From contig OY969564.1 of NCBI GenBank assembly GCA_963701095.1, positions 1,280,001 through 1,344,000 on the forward strand: a stretch of DNA of 64,000 bases, in the 5' to 3' direction. This stretch comes from an uncultured Methanoregulaceae archaeon (GTDB lineage Archaea; Halobacteriota; Methanomicrobia; Methanomicrobiales; Methanospirillaceae). Below the pieces are notes generated by a model that was given only the letters and a program-made list of their open reading frames with translations, had not been told where the DNA came from and searched no databases. Of this stretch, positions 22,857-33,324 are shown one piece after another. Numbering within the stretch: position 1 is the stretch's first letter; every line of letters begins with the position of its first letter. The position numbers and the translations under genes were made by a program.

Positions 22857-23636
22857 TTACTCGTTGAATTTTTTATAAAGCCGGTGTGCCACAAACTGGA
22901 AGATCAAAATAAAGATCAAAAGTGCCACAATATCCCACACTGGAGAAAAGAGCGAGGTTCCGGTATATGCATAGGATATCATATCGTTCCCATACGTCAA
23001 TGGCGAAAAGAGTGCGATGATCTGGCCAATCTGCGGAATTTGTGAAATTGGGATAAAGACACCGGAAATAAAGATGAGAGGCAGGCGGACCGTATTGAGC
23101 ATCGACATTACTTCTCCAACGTTTTCGGTCGGATAAGCCGCAAAGAGGGTACCAAGGGTGGCAAAGCAGAATGCAGTCAGGGCCATGGCGATAATAAGTG
23201 CCAGAACATGTTCTATCGATGTACTAAACATCACAATCCCGATAACAAGGGGGAGACAAGCTATACCCATGCTGTAAAGGAAACCGCTGACGCTCTCACC
23301 GAAAACCAGTGAATGAAGAGAAATTGGTGCTGAGAGAAGCCGGTCAAATGTCTTTACCCGCCTTTCAATGGGGATGGAGACCGGCTCTATCGAGGAAGCA
23401 GAGAAAAGGAGTGTAATAGCAATGAGGCCCGGGATGAGGGAACCCGGCGGTGCATTCTTACCGATAGCAAACGCGAGAAACATGAAAACGGGAAAGAGGA
23501 TACCGGAGACAATGATATTTGGCTTGATGTAGTAGGTTACCATGTCCTTACGCGAGATCGCCCACGCGGCAGAGATCTCGTGGCTGATCCGTACAAACCA
23601 CGCATTTGTTCTTTCTTTCTCTTCAGTCGATAGCAT
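22857..23636 (-). CDS. ABC-2 type transporter permease
   Basis: 6 TM helices; IERRVKTFDRLLSAP and PLIFISGVFIP. Confidence 0.9.
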   Translation of the reverse strand: MLSTEEKERTNAWFVRISHEISAAWAISRKDMVTYYIKPNIIVSGILFPVFMFLAFAIGKNAPPGSLIPGLIAITLLFSASSIEPVSIPIERRVKTFDRLLSAPISLHSLVFGESVSGFLYSMGIACLPLVIGIVMFSTSIEHVLALIIAMALTAFCFATLGTLFAAYPTENVGEVMSMLNTVRLPLIFISGVFIPISQIPQIGQIIALFSPLTYGNDMISYAYTGTSLFSPVWDIVALLIFILIFQFVAHRLYKKFNE

Positions 23637-24579
23637 GGATCACGCCCCCCGTTCTCTGCAGGCCGGTCAGTTTGATGAAGACATCTTCGAGGCTCGGACC
23701 AAGCGTCGAGATACTGATCACCCGGAGATTCCGTGCCTTTGCATATTCCATCACGGATTCAATTACGGTTGCAGGATCTTCCGTATAAAGCCGGAACTTG
23801 TCTCCTTCCTTTACAGCATCGTTGACCATGGAAAGATTACGAACCTCGTCAAGCTGATGCAAAGATATATGATCAAAAGAAACCACAATCGACTGAACAC
23901 TCTGGATCGTTTTCTTAAGGCGCTCCGGGGCATCAATTGCGGCTATTGTACCCTTATTGATGATTGCTACCCGGTCGCAAATCATGTTCGCCTCCTCTAT
24001 ATTGTGCGTAGTCAGAAAAACGGTGACCCCTTCATGGATAAGACCTGTTATCACTTCCCGGATAATGAGATTGCTCTGGACGTCAAGACCTGATGTCGGT
24101 TCATCGAGAAAAAGAACCTGCGGGTTGTTCACGAGACCCATGGCGATGGTCAGCCGCCGTTTCATACCTTTGGAAAATCCATGTGCCTTGTCGTGACGCC
24201 GTTCATAGAGATCAAACGTGGTGAGGAGTTCTTTTGCTTTTTCCTCGCGTATATCCCGTCGCACATGGTAGAGTTCAGCAGAAAAGATCATGTTCTGCCA
24301 TGCGGTCAGGTCATCATAAACGTTGGAGGTTTCTGAGACAATCCCCATGGACTGGCGTGCTGCAATGGTATCTTTCTGTATATCATGACCAAAGATAGAT
24401 GCTGTTCCTGAGGTGGGGTTCGAGATTCCTGTAAGGATTCGAATCGTGGTTGTTTTTCCCGCACCGTTCGGGCCAAGGAAACCAAATGTTTCTCCCCTGT
24501 CAACCGAGAAGGTTACATCATTGAGCGCCGTTAGGGCGCCAAACTTCTTGGTCAGGTGCGAAACATCTATCGCATGCAT
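23623..24579 (-). CDS. ABC transporter ATP-binding protein (DrrA-like)
   Basis: GPNGAGKTT, FSKGMK, LFLDEPTSGLD, TTH, C-terminal PSLEDVF. Confidence 0.93.
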   Translation of the reverse strand: MHAIDVSHLTKKFGALTALNDVTFSVDRGETFGFLGPNGAGKTTTIRILTGISNPTSGTASIFGHDIQKDTIAARQSMGIVSETSNVYDDLTAWQNMIFSAELYHVRRDIREEKAKELLTTFDLYERRHDKAHGFSKGMKRRLTIAMGLVNNPQVLFLDEPTSGLDVQSNLIIREVITGLIHEGVTVFLTTHNIEEANMICDRVAIINKGTIAAIDAPERLKKTIQSVQSIVVSFDHISLHQLDEVRNLSMVNDAVKEGDKFRLYTEDPATVIESVMEYAKARNLRVISISTLGPSLEDVFIKLTGLQRTGGVIHAID

Positions 24580-25187
24580 ATTATCCCAGATATGCATGCG
24601 AAACCCTTAAAGATCATCTATAATGGTTGCAAAAAACGGAATTCTTTCTTTCATTCTCAGGTTTCATAAGAATCCGTTCAGGATCATTTGGGCATTTTAT
24701 TTGAGCTGTGTGTCTCTTCCTTCTTTGCAATTTTTCCAGGTCGCGGTCGATCCTCATGAATCCCGTGATCGATATTCAAATCCTTATTCTCCGGCCCGTG
24801 TGGGGATGATGACGGGGGGGAAGTTCCGCTTTTTTTTGGGCATGGTGAGGAGGATGAATCGCAGGAACTGCAACAGGATGGTGCTCATGGTCTTCCGCAT
24901 GGCGGTTTTTGTCCTGGCCTTTTGGGTAGTTTTTCCTGGATGCGGCGTCGGTCGCCCGTGTTGGTGACATATTCAAGGATACAGAACTGCGGATAGATAA
25001 AACCATGCCAGTCAAGGAGCATAAACCGTAGATAATACTGGTGTTCTCTTCCTTTTACAAACCAAAATCCTTCTTATTCTTACCCAGCATAAAAGTCACC
25101 AGAACAAGTAATAACCGAGAACCGGATCTCGTGCAACCATGCGGTTCTTTGTGGCGCTTATTCTCACACAGGCTTATCCTACATACC

Positions 25188-25691
25188 ATGGAACCCGAAC
25201 AGGAACAACAAAAAATCGGCTCTGCAACTCATCCAGCTGATAATATCCAGAAATTCTTTATCCGGCCATTTTTCCTTACGCTTACCATAGGACTTCCTTT
25301 TTGCATCTTCAAAGGGCTCTTTGGTATCGCCGCCATCCGTGCCGGGACGCCATCCAATCATATTTTGGCAGGTTTTGGGTGGTTAGTGGTTATATGGGCG
25401 GTAACTGATTTTGTCATGAACACCGTGAGGGCTGGAGGGGACCTTATGCATATTCCTACTCCGTTGGAATACTGCACGCTTGCTGAGCTCGGACGTCTAC
25501 TACATCGCCCGATGGTTTTTCTTGCGGCGGATACCCTTCTTTCATTTTCCATCATCTGCGTTATGCTGTGGTCCGGGTGGATCATGCAATTAAAACAGGA
25601 AGAATCGTACTTGTGGTATGCGGCAACGACGCTTAATCTGATCAGCATCTCTCTTGTGTCACTCTATAACGAAGCAAAGAGAGCAACCTGA
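25188..25691 (+). CDS. Hypothetical membrane protein
   Basis: About 4 hydrophobic segments; ATG at 25188. Confidence 0.7.
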   Translation: MEPEQEQQKIGSATHPADNIQKFFIRPFFLTLTIGLPFCIFKGLFGIAAIRAGTPSNHILAGFGWLVVIWAVTDFVMNTVRAGGDLMHIPTPLEYCTLAELGRLLHRPMVFLAADTLLSFSIICVMLWSGWIMQLKQEESYLWYAATTLNLISISLVSLYNEAKRAT

Positions 25692-25743
25692 ATTCTTCTG
25701 TACCAAAAGATCTTAAAAGAGATCTTACCTGCGATTTGATTTT

Positions 25744-26574
25744 TCAAAATCCAATTTCGGGCATCTTGTCACCCGTAGTGACCGGACCATGAAGCAGGTA
25801 ATTAACGACCCGGTTCACGACTTCTTGACACTGGGGCAGGCGGATATGACAATACATTATGGGATCTTTTTCAAGCATCGCAGGATCCGCTGGGACAATA
25901 TCCAGAATAGCACCAGGCAGGACTGAATCGCTGTGAGGAACAATACCGTCCCCGGCATATGTCATGCCCCAGCTGCCATCAGGCCGCAATTCCCAGGTCT
26001 TTCCCTCAAAACAGGGAAAAAAAGAGGGAGATTGCGTGATATTTTCTGCGCAGACAAGCCGGTACTGAATATCAGACCGGATTCCGGCTTTACGAAGAGT
26101 GGCCATCGTCACACTATCTGGGCGACATGCCTGGACGATGACATCAGCGGCAGGATCAAAATTCCGGGGAACAAACGTTCCGCATAATCTCCCGGTAATG
26201 ACAGGGCCGAAAACCGGATCGCAGAAAAGTTCGGCAAGGGCCGAGCCGTTATTTGGCGGGCCAATTGCAATTAGTTGGCGTACTTGTTCATGCCGGGCGT
26301 GGCCATCGTTTACTTCAAGAAGGTAACGGGCGATGCAGGAACCTATGGAATGGCATACGATATCGACGCTGCCGGTATATTCATACTCTTTTCTTTTTGC
26401 AGCAATAAACTCCCCAAGGTTTTTGGCAATCTCTTCCATTGCAGACCCATCGAGTACCGTATAATCAAAAATCCAATAGGAAATCCTCGAATCGTCGAGC
26501 CGTTCCGTAAGCCGTTTCCATATTCCGGGATGACTCTTCCAACCATGGACAAGTATCACGGGTATCATGGGCAT
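25744..26574 (-). CDS. Alpha/beta hydrolase (lipase/PGAP1-like)
   Basis: VILVHGW, IVCHSIG, GPPNNGS, GDGIVP, C-terminal His. Confidence 0.85.
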   Translation of the reverse strand: MPMIPVILVHGWKSHPGIWKRLTERLDDSRISYWIFDYTVLDGSAMEEIAKNLGEFIAAKRKEYEYTGSVDIVCHSIGSCIARYLLEVNDGHARHEQVRQLIAIGPPNNGSALAELFCDPVFGPVITGRLCGTFVPRNFDPAADVIVQACRPDSVTMATLRKAGIRSDIQYRLVCAENITQSPSFFPCFEGKTWELRPDGSWGMTYAGDGIVPHSDSVLPGAILDIVPADPAMLEKDPIMYCHIRLPQCQEVVNRVVNYLLHGPVTTGDKMPEIGF

Positions 26575-26629
26575 GAATTCGTAAGGCTTAGTGAAGCATA
26601 GTTCTTGTGAAAAAGAAGCACGAAAAAAG

Positions 26630-27118
26630 TTATAAGGGAGAGTCGTCTCCGAGTGATTCCCGGCTCCTCATCTGGTAAAGCACCATCGGGTCCATTTCCT
26701 TATACTCTGAGGGAGTCGTCCTCATAACGACACGATTAATACCGCTGTTAACGATCATCTTGGAACACAGAAAACACGGCCAGATCTGCGTGAGTTCCCC
26801 CGTAGAAACTTCAAACCCGGCGAGATAGAGGGTACATCCTCGGGCTAGTTTCCCTGCCTGAAGCAACGCGTTCATTTCCGCATGCACACTTCTGCACCGT
26901 TCGTAGTTGGAACCGGAAGGGATATTATGCTCTTTTCTCCAGCAGTGTTTGAGTTCGGTGCAGTCCATCTGTTTACGGGGTGCCCCGGTATACCCCGTGG
27001 ATACGATAGTGTTGTATTCGTCGACAATTATTGCCCCGAAGTTGCGTCGCAGGCAGGTGCCCTGGTTTGCACACCGCTGTGCGAGATCAAGAAAATACTG
27101 GTGCCTGTTGGTTCGCAT
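26630..27118 (-). CDS. dCMP deaminase family protein
   Basis: HAEMNAL and PCFLC zinc motifs; STGYTGAP. Confidence 0.9.
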   Translation of the reverse strand: MRTNRHQYFLDLAQRCANQGTCLRRNFGAIIVDEYNTIVSTGYTGAPRKQMDCTELKHCWRKEHNIPSGSNYERCRSVHAEMNALLQAGKLARGCTLYLAGFEVSTGELTQIWPCFLCSKMIVNSGINRVVMRTTPSEYKEMDPMVLYQMRSRESLGDDSPL

Positions 27119-27173
27119 TCAAGGAAATATGACCTGCCCCGATATTAAAAGAGAGGGGTCATTGACTAAAATC

Positions 27174-27467
27174 TTATATAAATGGCAGAACCTGAACGGC
27201 TGAAAGATAGGCTATGCCGGAAATATGAATGATCAAAAATACCGGTACGAGGTAAAATTTTCTTTTCCTTGTTTTGTGACGGAATAGGTGCATCGCTGCA
27301 TACGCACCAAACGGCCCACATAATGCAGCCGCAATAAGAAGGCGTTCAGAAAGCCGCCACCTATCAGTGCTGGCAGTGTGCTTGTCATACGCGTACATAA
27401 GGAAAACTATGCTATTGACAAGAGTATAGCACACAAAAACGATAAGCACGAAAAAAACGGAGAGCAT
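27174..27467 (-). CDS. DUF1294 membrane protein
   Basis: YAYDK...WRLSERLL...GPFGA..AMHLFRHKTRK. Confidence 0.88.
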   Translation of the reverse strand: MLSVFFVLIVFVCYTLVNSIVFLMYAYDKHTASTDRWRLSERLLIAAALCGPFGAYAAMHLFRHKTRKRKFYLVPVFLIIHISGIAYLSAVQVLPFI

Positions 27468-27581
27468 GTAAATACCTGTTTGAGATGGTAGGATAAAGGA
27501 CTTAAAAAAGTGGAGAGTTTTTCACTTTCTCCCTGCACACCCTATTTCTTTAATACCCACAGGATGGATCTTTCATACAAT

Positions 27582-28785
27582 ATGATCCTCGGTAAGGGGG
27601 CGTATCTCCGGCAAATGACCACTGCAACGTCGCAGATGAAGTCGGTAGAAGTGGGTAAGGAAATGACCGGCAGCTCCCCGCCATCGGTTTTTATCGGCAG
27701 TCTGGAATTACCCGGATGTTTTCGCCGGTCCTATGATAGCGCCGATCCATGGTGACACCGCGATCATGGATCGGCCTGAAGAATGGATTAGCAGCAAACT
27801 GACTCAGGAGGAGATCATAGGGTACCGGATGAACCTTGTCCGGGGTAAACACATGACCAACGCATGTGATGTTAGCAGCCGGTTTGTCGAAAAACTTCAG
27901 GAAATCGTCCTCGCTGACAGTTCTATCGAGAGCGAGGCTGCTTTTGAGAGTGCTCCTTCTGGTTTCACTTTTTCAGAAGAACACACCCCATTTGGCCCGA
28001 GTGGCTCTCTTGAAAATTTTGAAATCGAAGCAGGACGCTGGGATCCGTCACTCGAAAAAGTTTTTTATGATACCGACATGGCGGCCCGAAATGCCGTGCT
28101 TGATTTACACAGTTCGGGTCTTGCATTCTCTACAATCCAGAAGGCATTCTCTGCAGGGACAATGGGAAGAGGTCCCAAACGACGTCTTGTTCCAACACGG
28201 TGGTCGATAACCGCATGCGACACAATGATTGGAGACCAGCTCCTGTGTGAAGTGAAAAAATATCCGGTAATTGATACTATGCGACTTTATGAGTTCGCAA
28301 GCCTTCATAACAGGTACGCGGTTCTTCTGATGCCAACAAGCTGGCAGTATGAATGGACAGAAGCGTTCATTCACGTGCTTGGGAATGAGGAATATGTCTT
28401 TTCAGATCATGAAGGTCATAAAGGAAAGGAAGGGTATTCACCTCTTGGTGGGTGTTACTATTCATGCAAAATGGCTGTCCTTGAAGCGCTTGCCCGGGAA
28501 CACCATCAGGCCGGTGCTATTATCCTTCGTGAGGCATTGCCCGGTTATGTGCCCATGGGGGTATTTAATGTCCGTGAGAACGTCAGAAGTGCAATGCAGG
28601 AATCGTTCACCGAATTCGAAGATCTGAAATCTGTTCTTGGGCATGTTTCTGATACATTTACTCTTCCTGTTCAGCGGTTTATCACCGAGACGACACTTCT
28701 CAGGGAAAGCCTGAAACAGCGCCAATGCACCCTGAGTGATTTTTCGGGTTTTTCGGGAAAACATGGCGGTAAACCCGATGCCTGA
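27582..28785 (+). CDS. Nre-family archaeal DNA repair protein; frameshift at ~27701
   Basis: GSSPPSVFIG(S)WNYP, RRLVPTRWSITACD, GGCYY, PMGVFNVRENVR; C-terminal PIP-like QCTLSDF. Confidence 0.88.
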
Positions 28786-28830
28786 GCAACAGGGAATGTC
28801 CCTTTATATTGCATACATTACGTTACAAAG

Positions 28831-29964
28831 ATGAGAGATCGCGGTATAATGGCTTTCGACGGGGAAAATACCCTTAATTCCCGGATTATACTCCATGCAG
28901 ACATGGACTGTTTCTATGCAGCCGTCGAAATGCATGACTACTCACAGTATGTGGGAAAACCAGTAGTTGTTGGTGCTGATCCTCAGGGTGGTACCGGCCG
29001 GGGCGTTGTTTCTACGTGCTCCTATGAGGCTCGAGAGTACGGTATCCGGTCTGCAATGCCGATATCTCAGGCATACAGACTCTGTCCTGACGCGGTCTTC
29101 CTGCGCCCCCGCATGGATCGTTATGCAGAGATATCTGAAGAGATCATGGACATCCTCAGATCTCCCGGGTTCCGGTTCGAACAGGTAAGCATCGATGAGG
29201 CCTTTTTAGACATGAGCTCAGCGGGCAGTTTTTCCCGTGCACAGAATGTTGCAGAGAACCTAAAAAAGGGGATTAATACCAGGTGCGGGATTACCTGTTC
29301 ACTGGGTCTTGCCCCAACAAAGATTGTTGCAAAAATAGCATCGGATTTCAAAAAACCCAATGGTTTCACCATCATCGAACCAGCTGGCGTTCCTTCATTC
29401 CTGGCACCTCTGCCAGTACGCAGGATCCCGGGGATCGGCAATAAGACAGAAAAAGAATTGCAGATTCTGGGAATACATACGATCGGCGATCTTGCCGCTT
29501 ATGATATTCAGGGTCTTCTCGGGCGTTTTGGACGAAATGCCGTTATACTGCACGAAGTGGCACGTGGTATTGATGGAAGCGAAGTTGTGGAACGTGACGG
29601 CATAAAATCTCTCTCAAAAGAGATGACTTTTGATAAAGATACTGATGAACCCGGTGAAATTATAACCGCATTGGAAGGTATGATCGGAGAATTAGGTATC
29701 TTCCTTGTCAGAGAAAACCTCTTTTTCAAAACAGTGACGATCAGAATTAGATCAGAAGGATTTGTGACAAAAACAAAAGCAAAAACCCTGATTCATTACC
29801 ATAAAGACGTGGAAACGATCCGGGAATGCGCACAAGAACTTCTCCGCGAACTCTTCAGGGGAGCGAAAATCCGTAGGCTTGGCCTGCGGCTTTCCGGATT
29901 GAAAAAACAGGACGCACGACAAAGGAAACTTTTTAGCCCGGATGACTCGGAACCCGGCGATTGA
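28831..29964 (+). CDS. dinB: Y-family DNA polymerase IV
   Basis: HADMDCFYAAVE, SYEAREYGI, SIDEAFLD, KIASDFKKPNG, IPGIG. Confidence 0.95.
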   Translation: MRDRGIMAFDGENTLNSRIILHADMDCFYAAVEMHDYSQYVGKPVVVGADPQGGTGRGVVSTCSYEAREYGIRSAMPISQAYRLCPDAVFLRPRMDRYAEISEEIMDILRSPGFRFEQVSIDEAFLDMSSAGSFSRAQNVAENLKKGINTRCGITCSLGLAPTKIVAKIASDFKKPNGFTIIEPAGVPSFLAPLPVRRIPGIGNKTEKELQILGIHTIGDLAAYDIQGLLGRFGRNAVILHEVARGIDGSEVVERDGIKSLSKEMTFDKDTDEPGEIITALEGMIGELGIFLVRENLFFKTVTIRIRSEGFVTKTKAKTLIHYHKDVETIRECAQELLRELFRGAKIRRLGLRLSGLKKQDARQRKLFSPDDSEPGD

Positions 29965-30071
29965 CATCTCACTTCAAAACACTGGTTTTTATGTACGTGC
30001 AAGGGTGGGAAGTTGTGTGTATGGATATGTTAATTATTTGCAACGCCGTTTATATACATGGAGTTGTTGGC

Positions 30072-30419
30072 ATCACAGAAAATCCGAAAAAGAAAGGAGG
30101 CAGTAACGAAGTTGAGGGGGCTGACGGTTTCAATCCCGATGGTACCCCCTTTGTCCGGGTCAGGCTTCCCAAAAAATGGAATAATGAAATGTTTGGATCC
30201 GCTGACCTTATGATGGGCGCAAACCATATACGGGTGCGATGTTTCGATGGGGTCACCCGTATGGGACGGATTAAAGGCAAGATAAAAAAACGGGTCTGGA
30301 TACGAGAAGGAGATACCCTGATTATAGTCCCATGGAGTTTCCAGGACGATAAGTGTGATATTATCTACCGCTACCTTCCGCCTCAGGTTGACTGGCTGCG
30401 GAAAAACCGGTACCTGTAA
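30072..30419 (+). CDS. eif1a: Translation initiation factor aIF-1A (start uncertain)
   Basis: RVRLP...MMGANHIRVRCFDGVTRMGRIKGKIKKRVWIREGD..PWSFQDDKCDIIYRY. Confidence 0.93.
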   Translation: MTENPKKKGGSNEVEGADGFNPDGTPFVRVRLPKKWNNEMFGSADLMMGANHIRVRCFDGVTRMGRIKGKIKKRVWIREGDTLIIVPWSFQDDKCDIIYRYLPPQVDWLRKNRYL

Positions 30420-30504
30420 TTCTTTCTTTTTGCTGTTTTTTAGTACCCTTGAGCCGATTGATGATTACAATCCGACCTGATGCTGGTTTAAAAAAGTGAT
30501 TCTA

Positions 30505-31572
30505 TTACATTGACCACGCACGTTCCCAAAGCATCACAAAAATCTCAAATGCAATAAGGAGGATCACTACCCATTCAAGGAAATTTGAGTGTTGGATCCT
30601 GACTTCGTCGGAGAGCATCGAATAATTCTCGCGGATCACTTTGATCTTCCTGCTGACACTTTCACTCCATTGACTACTACGGAGGATCTTGAGTGCAGCC
30701 GAATAAACACGGGCGTAATAAATATCTTCAGTCACCTTGATCAGGTTGTCGACTTTTTCGATCGTCTCCGAAATCTCCGCAGACGTCTTCATCTGGTGTT
30801 TCATAATTGAATGATACTGACGACTCCGGCTAAACCAGGAAAGCCGGTCCGCATGTTCAATATCATCATACATCCGGGCCATTTCTCGGGTAAGCTCGCG
30901 ATCATAATACCTTAGTTCGAGCACCTGCACATTAGCGAATTCGATAAGGTCTATAAGATCCGTTGGACTCTCAGGTCCGCATAAAAGGGCAGAATCCCAG
31001 GAAATTACCGCCAAATCCTCATCTGAATAACTAAGTGAATTCTTTATGATGTCTTCGCGTATCTGAGGTGATACACAGGTCCGGTCACCAAGAAGAAGAG
31101 GCACCGGGTCGATTGAGTCGTCCCGTCGGTCAGTAACATAAATGGTATAGTCTTCGTAGAAATCCGGGTCAATGGCAAAATTCTTGATATGGGGTTTGAT
31201 GATTTCGCCAAGCGTGGAAAGATACTGGAGGAAAAAGTCCGAAAGCCCCTCCTGACCGGCAAACAGGAACGCGAGATCCTCGAGCCTGTTGTGATCTGCC
31301 TCCGGGTTTTCATGAATAAAACAGAGGCTGATAACCCCGATATCGTATACCCGTGCGACCGCCGAAAACTCAAACGACCGTCCTTCCCTCTCCACCATGA
31401 TTGGCAGCATACGGATCAAAATCGGAGAAGATTCGATCATGATGGATTTGGGTTTGACCCGGACAAAACTCGTCCTGGCTGTAAAATAATTCCGGGCAAG
31501 GGACTTCTCGAGCCAGTCAATATCGATCTCCCGGCCGATGTCAAAGATGCGGTAAAACCGGAGTGATATCAT
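30505..31572 (-). CDS. Conserved protein with C-terminal TM helix (RMD1/DUF155-like)
   Basis: LELRYYD, DIYYARVY and C-terminal LEWVVILLIAFEI resemble the DUF155 tail. Confidence 0.65.
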   Translation of the reverse strand: MISLRFYRIFDIGREIDIDWLEKSLARNYFTARTSFVRVKPKSIMIESSPILIRMLPIMVEREGRSFEFSAVARVYDIGVISLCFIHENPEADHNRLEDLAFLFAGQEGLSDFFLQYLSTLGEIIKPHIKNFAIDPDFYEDYTIYVTDRRDDSIDPVPLLLGDRTCVSPQIREDIIKNSLSYSDEDLAVISWDSALLCGPESPTDLIDLIEFANVQVLELRYYDRELTREMARMYDDIEHADRLSWFSRSRQYHSIMKHQMKTSAEISETIEKVDNLIKVTEDIYYARVYSAALKILRSSQWSESVSRKIKVIRENYSMLSDEVRIQHSNFLEWVVILLIAFEIFVMLWERAWSM

Positions 31573-31763
31573 GCCTTGCGCCCCTTTGAAAAGATTCGCA
31601 CTATGGCTCTAGTATAGTGCCCGGAACACGATAAACCCTTATATCGTTAGTAACTCAAGAATTGATCTAGAAATTATCTCAATTCTTTATACATATTATT
31701 TCAATATGTTTAATGCGGGGTAATTTATATGCTGGCAGTGCAAACCAACGAAAGAGAGATTCA

Positions 31764-31976
31764 ATGAGTGCTGATTTTCTATCCATCGGAATGGTCACGG
31801 TTGTCGGACTCATGGCAGGTACTGCAATCGGCCTTTTTATCGGGTATCTTGCGAAGATCCAACGATCCCATTGGGCTGATATGACCGGACGCGAAAAAAC
31901 ACTCAATATGGCACTTATCCTAATCTGTTCTGTAATCTGCATTGCCGGACTTGCATGGCGTTTTCTCCTTCAATAA
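31764..31976 (+). CDS. Small two-TM membrane protein
   Basis: Two hydrophobic helices; TATA tttatat at ~31724. Confidence 0.65.
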   Translation: MSADFLSIGMVTVVGLMAGTAIGLFIGYLAKIQRSHWADMTGREKTLNMALILICSVICIAGLAWRFLLQ

Positions 31977-32092
31977 CCAATTATCCTGCTTCGGGTTCTT
32001 GTTTTTCTTCGGGAAAAGTGTGGATATTCCCTTTAATTGCATCCGTGATGTGACAGATTGATGATACAGGACATGCTACAACATAACGGTAC

Positions 32093-32725
32093 ATGAGTGT
32101 CGGACTGTTCATTAACGGTATCATCATTGGTATTGCATTAGCAGCCCCGGTCGGTCCGATAGCATTTTTGTGCATCCAGCGTTCGCTCGCCAATGGTAGT
32201 CTCCATGGTATAAGCTCCGGTCTCGGCGTTGCCACTGCTGACGCTTTTTATGCGACGGTAGCGGCATTTGGCCTTGCACTTATTTCGGATTTCCTGCTTG
32301 CCCGACAGAGATTTTTCCGTTTGTTCGGCGGTCTCGCACTCATTGTAATTGGGATCCGCATCGTCTTTTCTGAGCCACCCCAAAGTGCAATAACTCAAGA
32401 GAAAGAATCATTCATTGCCGATTATTCTACAATGCTTGTTATCGCTCTTGCGAACCCCTTGACCATCCTTTTCTTTACTATAATTATCCCGGGTTTTGGT
32501 GTAGTGATTAGTGGAAATACATGGCTTAATCCGGCAATATTTGTTATTGGTGTTTTTCTGGGAGAACTGGGTTGGTGGATATTCCTCTGCGGAACGCTTG
32601 GTTCAATGAGAGACTACCTTACTCGGGAGCGCCTGCACCTGATCAACCGGATCGCAGGTTTTGTAATTGCTTTATTCGGAGCAGTACTGATCGGTTCCCT
32701 GTTTGTCAATTTTGATATTGAGTAA
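32093..32725 (+). CDS. LysE-family translocator
   Basis: AAPVGPIAFLCIQRSL, GLGVATADA, ALANPLTILFF. Confidence 0.9.
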   Translation: MSVGLFINGIIIGIALAAPVGPIAFLCIQRSLANGSLHGISSGLGVATADAFYATVAAFGLALISDFLLARQRFFRLFGGLALIVIGIRIVFSEPPQSAITQEKESFIADYSTMLVIALANPLTILFFTIIIPGFGVVISGNTWLNPAIFVIGVFLGELGWWIFLCGTLGSMRDYLTRERLHLINRIAGFVIALFGAVLIGSLFVNFDIE

Positions 32726-32819
32726 TGCATCGGAATACCCCCAGCAGTTTGGGGAGGTTTCTTTCATCCCTTATCTCAGTTCACTAAGATATACCAACAA
32801 TGCATTCGCGGTTAGCCAG

Positions 32820-32840
32820 ATAGTTCACTTATTTAACTAT
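32820..32840. promoter_or_regulatory. Inverted repeat ATAGTT-N9-AACTAT, candidate MarR operator
   Basis: atagttcacttatttaactat lies 35 nt upstream of the marR ATG and overlaps an AT-rich TATA-like stretch. Confidence 0.45.
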
Positions 32841-32875
32841 TAAGCTACAAAACTAATTTCAGAAGTTGAACCCCT

Positions 32876-33319
32876 ATGGCTGAAGATATTCGAGATCGTG
32901 CTGCCGATGCACTTCTTGCACTTATTCCTCTCTATTATAAGAACGTGATCCGGCACAGGCCCTCAATTACCGGCATACAGGTGGCACAGCTACATACTCT
33001 TGGCATACTCATGAAGCACAAAGAGATGCAGATGTCTGAAATCGGAAGCTGCCTTTATATCTCCCGCCCTTACATGACCCGTCTTGCCGATCTTATGATA
33101 AATGACGGTCTTGTGGAACGCCTTCCCGATCCTGCCGATCGCCGGGTGATCAACCTCGCAATTACCGAGAAAGGAAAAAAATATCTCCGGCAGTCAATTA
33201 ACTGGTACAGGAAGGACCTCAAAGAGAATCTTGCTGGTCTAAACGACAACGATATCGGCAAGCTATGTATAGCATTGGAAGATGCATACCAGATTCTTGC
33301 AAAACTACAGTCGGGGTGA
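32876..33319 (+). CDS. MarR-family transcriptional regulator
   Basis: GLVERLPDPADRRVINLAITEKG wing motif. Confidence 0.92.
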   Translation: MAEDIRDRAADALLALIPLYYKNVIRHRPSITGIQVAQLHTLGILMKHKEMQMSEIGSCLYISRPYMTRLADLMINDGLVERLPDPADRRVINLAITEKGKKYLRQSINWYRKDLKENLAGLNDNDIGKLCIALEDAYQILAKLQSG

Positions 33320-33324
33320 CAAGG

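Noticed and set aside
24623..25015. His/Pro-rich ORF 24776..25015 (-) and opposite ORF 24623..24967
   Set aside because: No recognisable motif or clear start. A small frameshifted gene cannot be excluded but cannot be supported.
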